Source: Octopus bimaculoides
Taxonomy: Eukaryota
Length of the DNA: 64,000 nucleotides
Direction: 5' to 3'
Assembly: GCF_001194135.2 (NCBI RefSeq)
Contig: NC_068987.1
Location: 457,651 to 521,650, forward strand
The position numbers and the translations under genes were made by a program. This document shows, one piece after another, positions 14,401 to 26,100 of this stretch (positions within the stretch are counted from its first letter, which is position 1; each line of letters starts with the position of its first letter). A model generated the notes under the pieces. It was not told the DNA's origin. It did no database searches and worked only from the letters and a program-made list of their open reading frames with translations.

Positions 14401-15271
14401 AAACAGTTGAAAAGCTCTTGCACAAAATGTCCATCAGGCCACCACTGTTTTTCTAAATAATTGTTTTTTATATAATTAATACTTTGTTATAATTAGAAAA
14501 TTTTTTGTTGTGTGTGTATGTATATATATATAATCTAGCTGCATGGAATGTGTGTATTGTATGCTTGTATATAACTGTGTGCAGAATTATGTATAATATA
14601 TATGTATATATATCTAGCATTATACTGTTGTGTGTTTATACAATGTTTATCCATATCTCACTTGTTCTCCAGGGCTGCGCTAGAAAATTGGAAGAATTTT
14701 TCCGAGACAATCTCTATATAATTGGAAGTGTTGGTCTCGGTTTGTGTTGTTTACAGGTGAGTCACGTATATATACTCTGCCGTCCCCTCTAACCCTTATC
14801 AATATGATGATAATCCCAACAATGTCTATTGGATTTATTACATCTGGGTAAGCTGTAGATGGCGACAGGGCCTAGACTTAAAGGGAGGGGCTTAGAGTGT
14901 GTGGTTTATGGGAACTCTGGTAGAGGTAGACATAGCAGTGAGAGGGGAAGGGGTGCTTCGTGTGGAGTCGGAGCACATTCTCATTTGTCTCCACCACCAT
15001 CGCCCTTATTCAGAGTAATGGCCTTATTTTATGGAATCGACATTTAAGGGTTCCCTTGTTTTTAGCTTCTCACTACTCTGCCCAGTTCCTGGGGGAGAGG
15101 TTAGAATTAAGGGTGCACCTGATGGAGTTAGTGTAGGGGGCCACAGACCATGCACCCCCACCCATCATCACCAGTTAATCATCCCTTTTTTTTTTTCCTT
15201 TTCAGATAATCGGAACAGCGTTAGCATGTTGTCTTATGCAACGTGTCAAATGGGGAACAAGGCTGCAATAA
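7171..15271 (+). CDS. CD151: Tetraspanin, CD151/TSPAN11-like; join(7171..7251,7788..7979,8890..8964,11863..11961,12945..13100,14673..14756,15206..15271), 753 nt, 250 aa
   Basis: Seven GT-AG exons, all phase 0, give one open frame from [27 protein letters not shown] to [10 protein letters not shown]. It has four TM segments and a large loop with CCG, PDSCC and [11 protein letters not shown] matches CD151 QRDHASNIY. CD151 versus TSPAN11 orthology is not resolved. Confidence 0.93.
7788..7979 (+). CDS. CD151: Tetraspanin coding exon 2 (small loop, TM2)
   Basis: cag|[12 protein letters not shown]...[18 protein letters not shown]|gtgagt; 192 nt. Confidence 0.95.
8306..8470 (+). mobile_element. tRNA-derived SINE, third family
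   Basis: Head plus ggcaccttgggcaagtgtcttctactatagcc...gtgagtggatttgg...aactgaaagaagccc. Relatives at ~6170, 16200 (-), 17830, 26030 and 57400. Confidence 0.8.
8890..8964 (+). CDS. CD151: Tetraspanin coding exon 3 (TM3)
   Basis: ttttcag|[25 protein letters not shown]|gtaaag; 75 nt. Confidence 0.95.
11863..11961 (+). CDS. CD151: Tetraspanin coding exon 4
   Basis: tccag|[33 protein letters not shown]|gtaagt; 99 nt. Confidence 0.93.
12709..12722 (+). promoter_or_regulatory. CTCF consensus motif
   Basis: CCACCAGGTGGCAC, a full match to CCASYAGRKGGCRS. Confidence 0.5.
12945..13100 (+). CDS. CD151: Tetraspanin coding exon 5 (CCG, PxSCC)
   Basis: ccccag|[12 protein letters not shown]...[24 protein letters not shown]|gtaagt; 156 nt. 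Confidence 0.96.
13433..13529 (+). pseudogene. Decayed 28S rRNA fragment with A-rich tail, in tetraspanin intron 5
   Basis: GAGTAGGAGGGC...CGGTGA...GGGTG...CAGG-GCAGATCTTGGTGGTAGTA is colinear with the conserved eukaryotic LSU rRNA segment GAGTAGGAGGGCCGC...GGTGCAGATCTTGGTGGTAGTAGC (compared from memory). Confidence 0.75.
14673..14756 (+). CDS. CD151: Tetraspanin coding exon 6
   Basis: ctccag|[28 protein letters not shown]|gtgagt; 84 nt. Confidence 0.95.
15206..15271 (+). CDS. CD151: Tetraspanin last coding exon
   Basis: Long poly-T then cag|[21 protein letters not shown]; TAA at 15269-15271. Confidence 0.92.
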   Translation: MIGTALACCLMQRVKWGTRLQ

Positions 15272-16668
15272 TTGGGTGCAGCGTTGCACAACATTAGATC
15301 TTTTGCTGCATCATGCTGAACTGCATCAACACAGAACTATATATGCATACCACTAATATACACATGCACAGACATGGTGTTATATATATATATATACACA
15401 CACACACTCCCTCAATGTCTCTCAGACCTACATATATACATACTGCTTATACACACTAATTAACAACACATCTCTGACTATATATATATATCATTTCACT
15501 TATATACATATGCATGCAAGACCACATACATACCCCAATCCATATGTATATAGACATACACGCATATACATGCATACACACAGAGAGACAAATATATAGA
15601 CATGTGCATGTATACAGATGTCTGTAGAGAAATATATATACATGCAATTTGGATTTAAAAATGAGAGACAACAAAATACTCAATCGGATTTGGAAGATGG
15701 AACCTGTCTGAGTTGTTTCTGTGAGTTTGGCCGTTTCCATTCCAGGAGAGATGCACGAAATGCAGAGTAGTCACCGAATATATATATATATATGTAATAT
15801 AAAAGTATTGTAGATATAATATAAACAATATTGTATGTGTGTTGACACTGATTCAAAAATGAGAAAAAAACCAAAAACCTTGAATTTGCTTGGCAGACAG
15901 CCATTGATATAAAAATGTGGCATGAAAGCCTCACAATCATCATTCTTGATATACATTTCTACAGCAAACACAGTGTGTGCACTGGGCCCTGGATCATCCA
16001 TGATAGAAACTGAAATGAAATAATGGTAAAACATTAGCTACATGAAAATACTCTTACCACATGTCGAGCTTTTATTTGTGCTTCACTAATGACAAGTGCA
16101 GCCAAGATTTTTTTTTTTTGCTGCACTTTGGGGTGTATGTGTATAAATTGGTTTTATGTTTTTTTTCTTTATATATGTGTATATGCACACACAGTTGGTT
16201 TCCTTCAGCTTCTGTCTCCCTGATTTACTCACAAAGTCTAGAAAAGACACTTGCCCTAGGTGCCATGCTGGGGGACCTGAAATACACTTTGTAACCACCG
16301 TCATCCTCCCCCTTCTTCATTAAGTCATATATATAGGTGTGTGTGTGTGTGTGTGTGTATATAAAATCTTTGTGATTTAAGGACGATTTGTCTGCTGTTG
16401 GTAAAGAGGGAACTGGTCCTGAAGAGCAGGGTTTCACAGCCCTTATACTAACAAAGATCCCTTTTCTTTAAACTAATTTTCCCATCGACCCAACCTTTTG
16501 AAAGATATTTGTCTTCTTAACAAAACAATTTTGAACTTTGCACATGCCCACTCCTCATAGTCCAGTGGATTAATATGAAGATGTAACATGGTAACATGTT
16601 AGTCCGTCAACCCATTGATAAATGGTTCAAGTCCTCCTATGGTAGTATCAATTCCAAATATTGTTTCA

Positions 16669-16957
16669 TACAGTTCTATATTTAAGAAATGAAGAATTAT
16701 TTACATTATTTACATTTGACGGATATTTGTCCTCATCTTGTTAACGCATTTCGGATGATATACCCTCCAGCCTTCATCAGGTGTCTTGGGGAAATTTCAT
16801 ACCTGGGTTCTCATTCCAAGCACTGACCTGAATAATAATAATAATAAATACCTTAGGAATGAGAACTCAGGTTCGAAATTTCCCCAAGACACCTGATGAA
16901 GGCTGGAGGGTATATTAGCCGAAACAAGATGAGGACAAATACCCGTCAAATATAAAT
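16669..16957. mobile_element. Penelope-like pseudo-LTR inverted pair with two degenerate hammerhead motifs
   Basis: Arms ~16709-16818 and ~16856-16957 are about 90% reverse-complementary. + copy: GACAC CTGATGA (16893-16899), stem II aggctg/tagcc, GAAAC (16921). The - copy is mirrored at 16749-16780. A related tail segment lies at 2063-2144. Confidence 0.7.
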
Positions 16958-18641
16958 ATTGTTTATATTAAGATTTAGTCGTTAACCTATATTAAATATT
17001 TGTTTTATTTCAATGAACTTATTGTTTTGCTCTCTACGTTCTACACCCATCATTCAACTTTTAGTTGTAGAATTCATATATATATATACACACACCCATC
17101 CACAGTTTCTGTCTCACAAATTCACTCACAAGGGGGTCTTAGTAAATCCGGGGTTAGAGCAGAGGACCCCTGGTCTTTATGCCATGCAGACAGATTGAAC
17201 TCAAAACCACATCAGCAGCATTAAGGAAGCAATTAACCCTTATTTCACTGTTAGCCCCTTAATTTCATTATTGTTTCATTTACCAATCATTTTTCTTTGT
17301 TATTTTTATTTCTCAGTTTTAACTAAAAATCAATATAAATTCAATAAATTAATTTATTTTCGTTGTACTTGTTTTTCGTCTTGTTTTTTCTTTTAATTCT
17401 CCAAAAAAAAAAAAAAATTACTATTTCTCACTGTTGATGCCCAATCGTGACCCAGAAGACTTACGATTGAAGCTGTACCAACCTGTCTAAGTCTACATTG
17501 TCCCATCTGCCTCTCTGTGTCCAACACAGTAGAGAGTTGAGGGAGACTTGGATGCTATTTCTTGCAGCCAAACTCTATACAGAGACTTTCTTCATTAGAA
17601 TCTGGCCAGTTCCATCTGTCTTACTCAGGTCAGTCATGATCTAACACATTCCAGCTGTGACACCCACCACCTCATTTTAGAGGAACTTTGCCATTACTAG
17701 CAGGTAAAACGACCACATCTTAAAGTTTCTGATTTTCGATATTTGGGTGGATATGAAGAGGGGAGGAGAAGAAAGAAAGAACAGACAGGTGCTTACACAA
17801 AGTATAGCTGTGTGATTACGTTTGCGCTCTGACCACCATGGGTTCACTACCATTGTGTGGCACCCTGGGCAATGTCTTTTATAGCCCCAGGCAAACCAAA
17901 GGCCTGTGAGTGGATTCGGTGGATGGAAACTGACAGAAACACACCATGAATGTGTGTGTGTTTGTCTCTTTTTCTTGGTATCGTGTGATATTTGTAAATG
18001 AGCGTCACTTATTGGAAATAAATGACGTCTATGAAAACAGGCGAGGGTTGGCAACAGGAAGAGCATTCAACTGTAGCGAAGCTGCCTCAATAAATTCCAT
18101 CTGACCCTTAGAAAAGTTAACGTTAAAACGATGACATTGATTAGACTGCGTGTAAATAAATATACACACGTTGTGTTACAAGTTTGTATGTAATAACTAC
18201 GTTTGCTCAGAGTTAATTCAGGAAAAGCGAAATAAAATAATGCAAGGGAAATAATTCTGGTTACTTACCTTTACTGATGACATTGTTGCCTCCCTTGGAA
18301 ATAAGCAATTTTTAGCATTCTTGATAGGTCACAGGTTCAAATCCAGGTAATCGAGATATTTGGTAGCTGTTTCTAGTCGATCAGCTGGCCCTCACTTCAG
18401 TAGAGATGGTGTTATGACTCCTGAAGAGGGCAGCAGTCTATCTCAGGTGACATTCTCCAAACATCTGATCCTTATTCACATCACTAATGGAAAGTATTTC
18501 AATCTGTTCAGGCTCAGGGCCAAGGTGCCACCACCACCACCACTGCCATTTCCTCCCTGAGTTGAAGAAAGTATTATTAAAAATGAAAGAATTTTTTTGG
18601 GTGTGGAAAGGATTTTAAGAATATTATTTCGTTTTGAGGAA

Positions 18642-19749
18642 TCATCGAAGAGTGATGGCCATTTGATGAGCAACTTGTGTCCGGAGAAAACTTTGAAGTT
18701 TCCACGAAATATCATATGAAAGACATTGGTGCCATGATTGAAAAGTGAAACGGTAGCAACGGCTGATTCTGTGAGTATCTGGTTCTTGATAAGTGTCAAT
18801 AAGGCAGACATTTCTTACACAGTCCCCAGTGACATCCCTGATGATGTTGTGAAAGAAAAGTTCATCAAAAGAAACCTCGGAGTTTTCCCAGAAACTCATG
18901 TCATGATTAAACTGAAGAGGATAAAAAGTCAAAGGAACTAACTTGTTACCAGGACTCATTATGGGAAGTTTGCTGAAGTATTTAACAAAATCTGGTTCCC
19001 AGAGGAGATAATCATGTTCTACAGAAAAGCTAAGTTGGGAAACGGTTGGAATATCCAAGAGAAATGCCAAAAATGTTTGCTGTTTTTTTTTAACATTTTT
19101 AAAATCTATTTTCCAAATTGCACCTAAATTTCTTTTTGTGTCATCACGACAATGAAATATCTGCAAAACACATGCGACTGAAATGGTCCCAGATTCAACA
19201 AGTTGTGGATCCTCCGGATAATGGCCAGAAACACTGACACCAATTTTTTCCAAAATTTTTGAAATGAGGTCAAAGAGTTTTTTACTTTCAGACAGTGTGT
19301 CTTTCTCTTGTGGCAGGATTCCCAGCAACTCAAGTGATACGGGGACATAGTTATCCAAAATATGGCCCTTCTTAAAAACCAAACCGTGTAGAAGCAGCAG
19401 TTGGTCAATGCCTATATCTTCTGTTGTAAGTAAGTCGGGTACATTCTCCAACAGAGATGTTCTCAGGTGATATTCGGCCACAGAACACTGACCACTGCTT
19501 TGGTCGACTATAAACCCTGTTGGCTCTTTTATTAAGTGATATACAAAGGATGAATGGCCGATACTGGTACCTCCCTGGGGTTCTGTAAGAAATTTTGGTG
19601 CCAATAGTGATGAATTGCATCGATGGTGAATGATAGAGTCTTGAGAAGATTCTGGAACAGTTTTACAAGAGTGCAGATTGGAAAAGGCTAGTTTCAAGTT
19701 GGATAAAATAGTTTTTAGAGGATGACAGCCCGATTGGTTCATAATTTGT
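18642..19749 (-). CDS. FDXACB1: FDXACB1 long last exon (PheRS-like and FDX-ACB domains)
   Basis: ctttgcag|QIMNQSGCHPLKTI...QVAHQMAITLR*; 1108 nt; lies within ORF 18642..19820. Confidence 0.95.
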
Positions 19750-20092
19750 CTGCAAAGAAAAGGAAAATCTACAAAATGTTTGGAGAAAAATATTAAAAGA
19801 GAACAATGGTAACAGAACAAGAAAATTATACAGATGTACAGATAAAACAGGTTTTAGTTAAAACAAGTGTTGAATTGTATAGGTTTTCGATAAAATAAGA
19901 TATAAATAAAACAAGTTTTAGATAGATTGTTCATCTAATTATTTTACAAGAATATTTCATTATCAAAATATAAATTGAAAATTAATAAACAGCCTGGTGT
20001 AGCCATCTGGTTTCACCAGTCCTCAGTCAAATCGTCCAGCCCATGCTAGCATGGAAAGCGGACGTTAAACGACGACGACAATACGTACAGAC

Positions 20093-20141
<49 letters not shown>

Positions 20142-23100
20142 NNNNNNNNNNNNNNNNNNNNNNNNNNNNNNNNNNNNNNNNNNNNNNNNNNNNNNNNNNN
20201 NNNNNNNNNNATATATACCGCCTGACTGGCCTTTGTAGGGTTTTCGAGCGCGATCGTTGCCAGTGCCCCTGGACTGGCTCTTGTGCGGGTGGCACATAAA
20301 AGACACCATTTCGAGCGTGGCCGTTTTCGTGCGGGTGACACGTAAAAGCACCCACTACACTCTGAGTGGTTGGCATTAGGAAGGGCATCCAGCTGTAGAA
20401 ACTCTGCCAAATTAGATTGGAGCCTGGTGTTGCCATCCGGTTTCACCAGTCCTCAGTCAAATCGTCCAACCCATGCAAGCATGGAAGGCGGACGTTAAAC
20501 GATGATGATGATGATGAGTAAAAATATAAACCAGAGATTACGATGTCATTACTGAAGCCTTTATCGACTTCGTTAAGAAGGAACAAAGAAATGTAATTAA
20601 AGAATGAAATTATTAGATAGAATGGAGGAAATTAAATTAAAAACTTTTGAAGAAATATAATATTTAGGTTTAAGGTCAGTAATTTGGGATGTCAACAACT
20701 CCAGCTTTTAGAAAGGAATTTTTCACTGGACCAAGACGGATGAAAGATAAAGCTGAACTTAGCAGGATCTGAACTCAGAATGCAAAGATCTCAAACACCA
20801 ATGATTCTGCATTCCACTTCTTCCTCATCACCATCTTTACACTTCAAATACTACTGAGGGTTAATTTTGCCTTTCATCCTTTAGGGGGTCAATGAAGTAC
20901 CAGTTGAGTGCTGGGGATCGGTGTAATTGACAAGCCCCAACACCTCAAAATTTTCAGGCTTTCTATGTATTGTTGAAAGAATTATCATCATCATCGTTTA
21001 ACGTCCGCTTTCCATGCTAGCATGGGTTGGACGATTTGACTGAGGACTGGCGAACCAGATGGCTACACCAGGCTCCAATCTGATCTGGCAGAGTTTCTAC
21101 AGTTATGTTTGACCCCAAGCCCTTCCCAGTCCAGCAGACCAACGATTAAGACGTTCCAACCATAACCACCTTGTCTTTATAAGTCTAGAGCTACACTGGC
21201 CAATGTGTCTTTCATATAAAGACAGTAAGGTGTGATTTGAGGTAGATCTGCTATTTCTAGCAGACCAAACAATCAGGAAAAGGTTCCACATTGTCTCGAC
21301 ATGTACCAGTAATATACTTGGGTGAAATCAATGAAATACAAAAACAAACCAATATCAAGTGTGACTTACTTGTAGTTGTAAAGTTTTGAGTAAAGGTAAG
21401 GTGGAGTGTTGAGTGTCCCCTTGAGGAAGGGGAGAGGTTTGAGTTGAAGAGTGTGAGGGACACTGACAGACTCCTGAAGCTGGAAAACATGAGTGAGGCC
21501 CCCAGTTGTTGAGAAACCCTTGTCTTGACTTCTGTAATAACAACAGAGAGAGTTAATGGATTAGTAGGGGTGACTCAGGGAGTGGAAGGGGGTTGTAATG
21601 AAGGGTTCATGGGATGGCTAGCGATGGGCATGGGTGAAGGGAGAGGACACGAACCGGTCTTACAATAACCTTCATTTCACAGATGTCAAGGGAAAAGGGG
21701 TTAGGAACAGGTCCAGTCCTGTGTGTTGATTACATAAAAGTGATGGGAATTGATGAAGGCTGTATCCATGGTGATAGAATGGAATTGGACCCAATAAGTG
21801 AAAGACCCAAATGAAGATATTATCCATCTTAACTTCCTTCACCACCACCCTCTTAACATTTCTGTTTTGCTGATAGGGGTGGATTAGTCTATTCCGTTGC
21901 TGGATATTGCCCCTCATTATTTATTAACTTGTTTGCGAGGATCAGGTTCTTAAGTTAAAATTTCAACCCTCCATGTTTCCCAAGTTCAGCCACTTCTTTA
22001 TACACATCCATTTGATTCCTCTAATGTCCTGTTTGTCTCCCAATTCATATATACCATCATAGTCACACACTAACTTTCCAGCCTTCCCAGAATCCTCTTC
22101 TTTCAAGGTCCATAACCTCACCATCATCCAATATTACAGTTGATGCATGGACATCGAACAATCTGAGCTGTTCACTTTGAGGGATAAATAAACCCTTTGC
22201 CATTATTAATCAGAGATCCCTTGACTTCATCCCTCTGCTCTTCCACAGCTAATAAGGGTCTCTTAGGTAACATACTATCAACTACATCTAGTGATCTCTC
22301 CAAGCATGGGTATGGGTGCGAGAAGTTTATTTTCCACAAATTATCCTTGTAATGTCTGCTACACATAGAGTGAATCTTTTCTGTCAACCTGTCTGTGTTT
22401 CTACAACAAGGCTTCTACATCCGAACTTTACACTAGAACCATTGTATGCTATTGCCACCATATTTTCTCAACAAACTGAGCAGAGCCATTTCCCTGATGC
22501 TAACAGGGTCTTTAGTTCTAGATTTTGTTTACAAGCCTGGAATTTCTTATAGAAATCTTTGATATAACAAGTAGGTTGTCAGTATACAAGAAATGCCCTT
22601 GGATTGTTGATCTTGTATTATGGAGGGACAAACAATAAACGGGTGGGCGTTCAATATTGAGACCTGATGTGCGTCCCTCCCTGCACACATTCGTAGTGAC
22701 TGACAGACTGCATGAAACCTTGTCAGTGACCCCTCCCCCTAAGCTAAGTACTTCTGTAGTTGTCTCACTAGGAAGGAGGCATTTGATGGCACCTCTTCCT
22801 GGTGCAAAGTTCTTCTTTAATCAGTTTCACTCGTAATTTTCATAAGTTTCTCCAACAACCTGATGTCTCTGTGGAGTCTCCTTTGCCCTTGTAGCTGCTG
22901 CTGCTGCGTATGACACTTTCTTGTCCTATTTGATTGATCAGGGACCAGAGTATAATTCACTTCGTCAGATATCCCCAGCATCCCACCAACTGTCCCCCAT
23001 CAATCAGATACCTTCCCAGTTTTCATCCAACTTCATTTTATGATTTTAGCCAAACCCTCTGCTGTCCGCTTCATTAGCCAAACCCTCTGCTGTCCTCTTC

Positions 23101-26100
23101 ATTAGCCAAACCCTCTGCTGGGTCTGTTTGGGGTTCGCCTTCTCTCTTCTCATTCAACAACCTCTTGTAATGGCATTTCTATGCGTCTTTCTTTGTCAAG
23201 TCAGTCATAGCAAATGGTGCTGCTATTATTCTGTACAGAATCCCCACCCCATCCTTTCCCAATATCTTGATTCTCTCTTGTACATTGTCTTCTAGGCTGG
23301 GATGCCTCTTCCCACACATTTTCACATTGTCTTCTAGGCTGGGATGCCTCTTCCCACACATTTACACATTGTGCCATTCTCATTACAATGTTGTCCTGCC
23401 ATTTCACCTCCCTTCAAATGATTGAAGTGGAGTTTTGGGGTGGTGGTGGGGAGACGAGACAATAATTGAGTGAACAAACCTGAAACCTGTGCAGGAATAT
23501 TCTGAGTAAAGATCTGCTTGGAATGGAAGAACTTTGGTAAGAATTAGGCTGGAGTCTGCTGCCATGGACACAACTTGCCATGTGTCTGGCCAGAGTCTCT
23601 GGACACTGTCAACAGGGGTTCCACCTTGACCCTGGCAAAGGGTCATCATGATTTCACCAGATGGAGACAAAATGGACGAAGCACTAGAGAAATAGAAATA
23701 CAGAAAGTGACATGAACACCACAACATCACTGTACAATGATCACCATGACAACACCAAATAACATTACTACCACAATATAACCACCAACACATTGAAGAC
23801 TATACTGTAATCATGACAACACTACTACTAATACTACTATACAACCATCATAAACTCAGTTACCAATCATTAATTGTTGCACAGCTGCCCCTGGTGAGAC
23901 GTACCCCCTTATAATTCCTATTTATTATATCTAGGAATACTGGCACACCGAATGGAAAGTGACTTTGAGAGACCCAGTTTAACGATGAGAACAGACTGGA
24001 GGCTGAGAGTTTGGATGAGATTTAGGTTTTTGTTTCATGACTTTTCTACAACAAACTCTGCTCTTAAGGATTTGCCCGCCACCACCCCTCCCAACTTCTA
24101 CCTACACTGTCCCCTCTGTTGGGCCTCTGTTAGGAAGACTTTCCTTCTCCCAGGCATTTCCCACATTTAATAACCTTTCATAGTAGCACTTCCTCACAAG
24201 TGCAAGCCTAACATTATCCATTCGTACCCACTTCTCACCCTTATCATCTGCACCCATACCCTCCACACCATTGATCTTCACACTGTCAGACCATTGGCAA
24301 ACCCCTTCCTTCCTGCTTCTATTCTTGCTAAGTATACCTGTCACCTCCATTCCCTCTTAGCTATCTGTTATAGCTGCTTCTATTTCCGCATTCATTTCAA
24401 GCCTACCTCTTCACTTTGATGGTCCTGTCTGTCACCAGGTTATCCTTGGTCTGGCCAAAGTTTTGTGTCACCCACAGATTTGGTCTGTTGCCCTCAGTAG
24501 GTTGTCCCATAACAATTCCTGTAGTCCTCTATGTTATACCATCTTGTGCTTGAGAAGACCCACCAAGCCAAGTAAAATTGCAGTCGTGGTAGATACCAGT
24601 GTCACGCAAATGGCACCAGTGCCAGTGGCATGTAAAAGCACCCGTTACACTCTCGGAGGGGTTGGTGTTAGGAAGGGCATCCAACCATAGAAAACCCTGC
24701 CGAATCAGGTGCAGCCCTCCAGCTGGCCAGCCCTGGTCAAACTGTCCAACCCATGCCAGCATGGACAACGGACGTTAAATGACAATGATGATGATGATGA
24801 TGATGATGATGAAGGGTCCTCGTAACTATTACAAAGAAATCCAAACCAATTAGTATTCTTTGAACAAAGTCTCTTGCAATCTTTGTTCTGCCCTCAGTTA
24901 TGGACACTTCCTTGTCACTCTCAGTGTAAGAAATATTGTAAACCACTGAATGGTCCCATTGCTAGCCTGTAGCTAATGGCACCTGGAAATTAAAATATAC
25001 AACAGAAAATTATGTGGAAAAAAAAAAACCTTATTTTTCTGACCTTTTAAAGAAATTCCTCAAAAGTGCTCGGTTCTTTTTGTTGTTTGATTTTCCACCA
25101 ACGTGAGGGAAGTTGAAAATGATTCTTTCAAAGGCCTCATTCTTTAGATCAATGTCTTGGTGTAACTTTGTGGCATCTAAGTCTAAGATAACTTGGCATC
25201 CTGCATAGGGAGGCAGTGAGACACAAGATATGATGATGATGACAGAGCAATTTCAAAATAGTCAGTACGATATTTTAGTTTACATACATACACTAATATC
25301 ATATATATATATATATAGTTGAAATTTACAGAAAAACAAAAGACAAAGACAGGTGTATTAGTATGATGCTCGGGAAAATGAGAAAGACTTTTATGTTTCG
25401 AGCTTATGCTCTTCAACAGAACGGAAAAGGAGAAAATAAAGAGAGAGAGAATGAAAAAAACTTGTGGATTTAGCAGTCAAGCATGGCAACTGGTTGGAAA
25501 AAAAGAAATTTGAGAGTAGAGGTTGAAAGAAGGGGAGATAATAAAGTATTGGTGATCCCAAAATGAGGGTGTGTGGGCTGGGGGTAGAGTGCGTGTGTAG
25601 GGAGGGAGGGGGTGGTATCAATGAAGAGAGGAAGTAGGTGTCAGATGTAGAGAGAAGATTATATACATACAGGTGTGTTTTTATGCTCCGTTTTAACAAA
25701 AACAATTTTACATTAGTCTGATGTATTCTACACTCGTAGAATACAAATTTATTATTCTTAAACAAGTCGGATGATGGCTTAGCTGGCCAAAACTTTGAAG
25801 TCACAGTCAATAGTGTTCTTGCTTAAGAATAGCATATATATCAATCATGTGTATTGTTGCTGCTTTTAGCAGGTTGAGCAACCCTGTACAGCAGACGGTG
25901 TGCTCCTATGATCGCCAAATGTGTTATTTGAAGTGGGCTGAAAAGTGCCTGCATATCTTAAAAAAACTCCAGTGATTTTTAAATGCACTAAACCAGTGCA
26001 TGTGCAGTCCACTGTGTGCACCTTCCAACAACATGGGTTTCGGTTCAGTCCTGCACACTGTCATCTTGGGGAAATTATATTATAGCCTTGGACTGATCAA

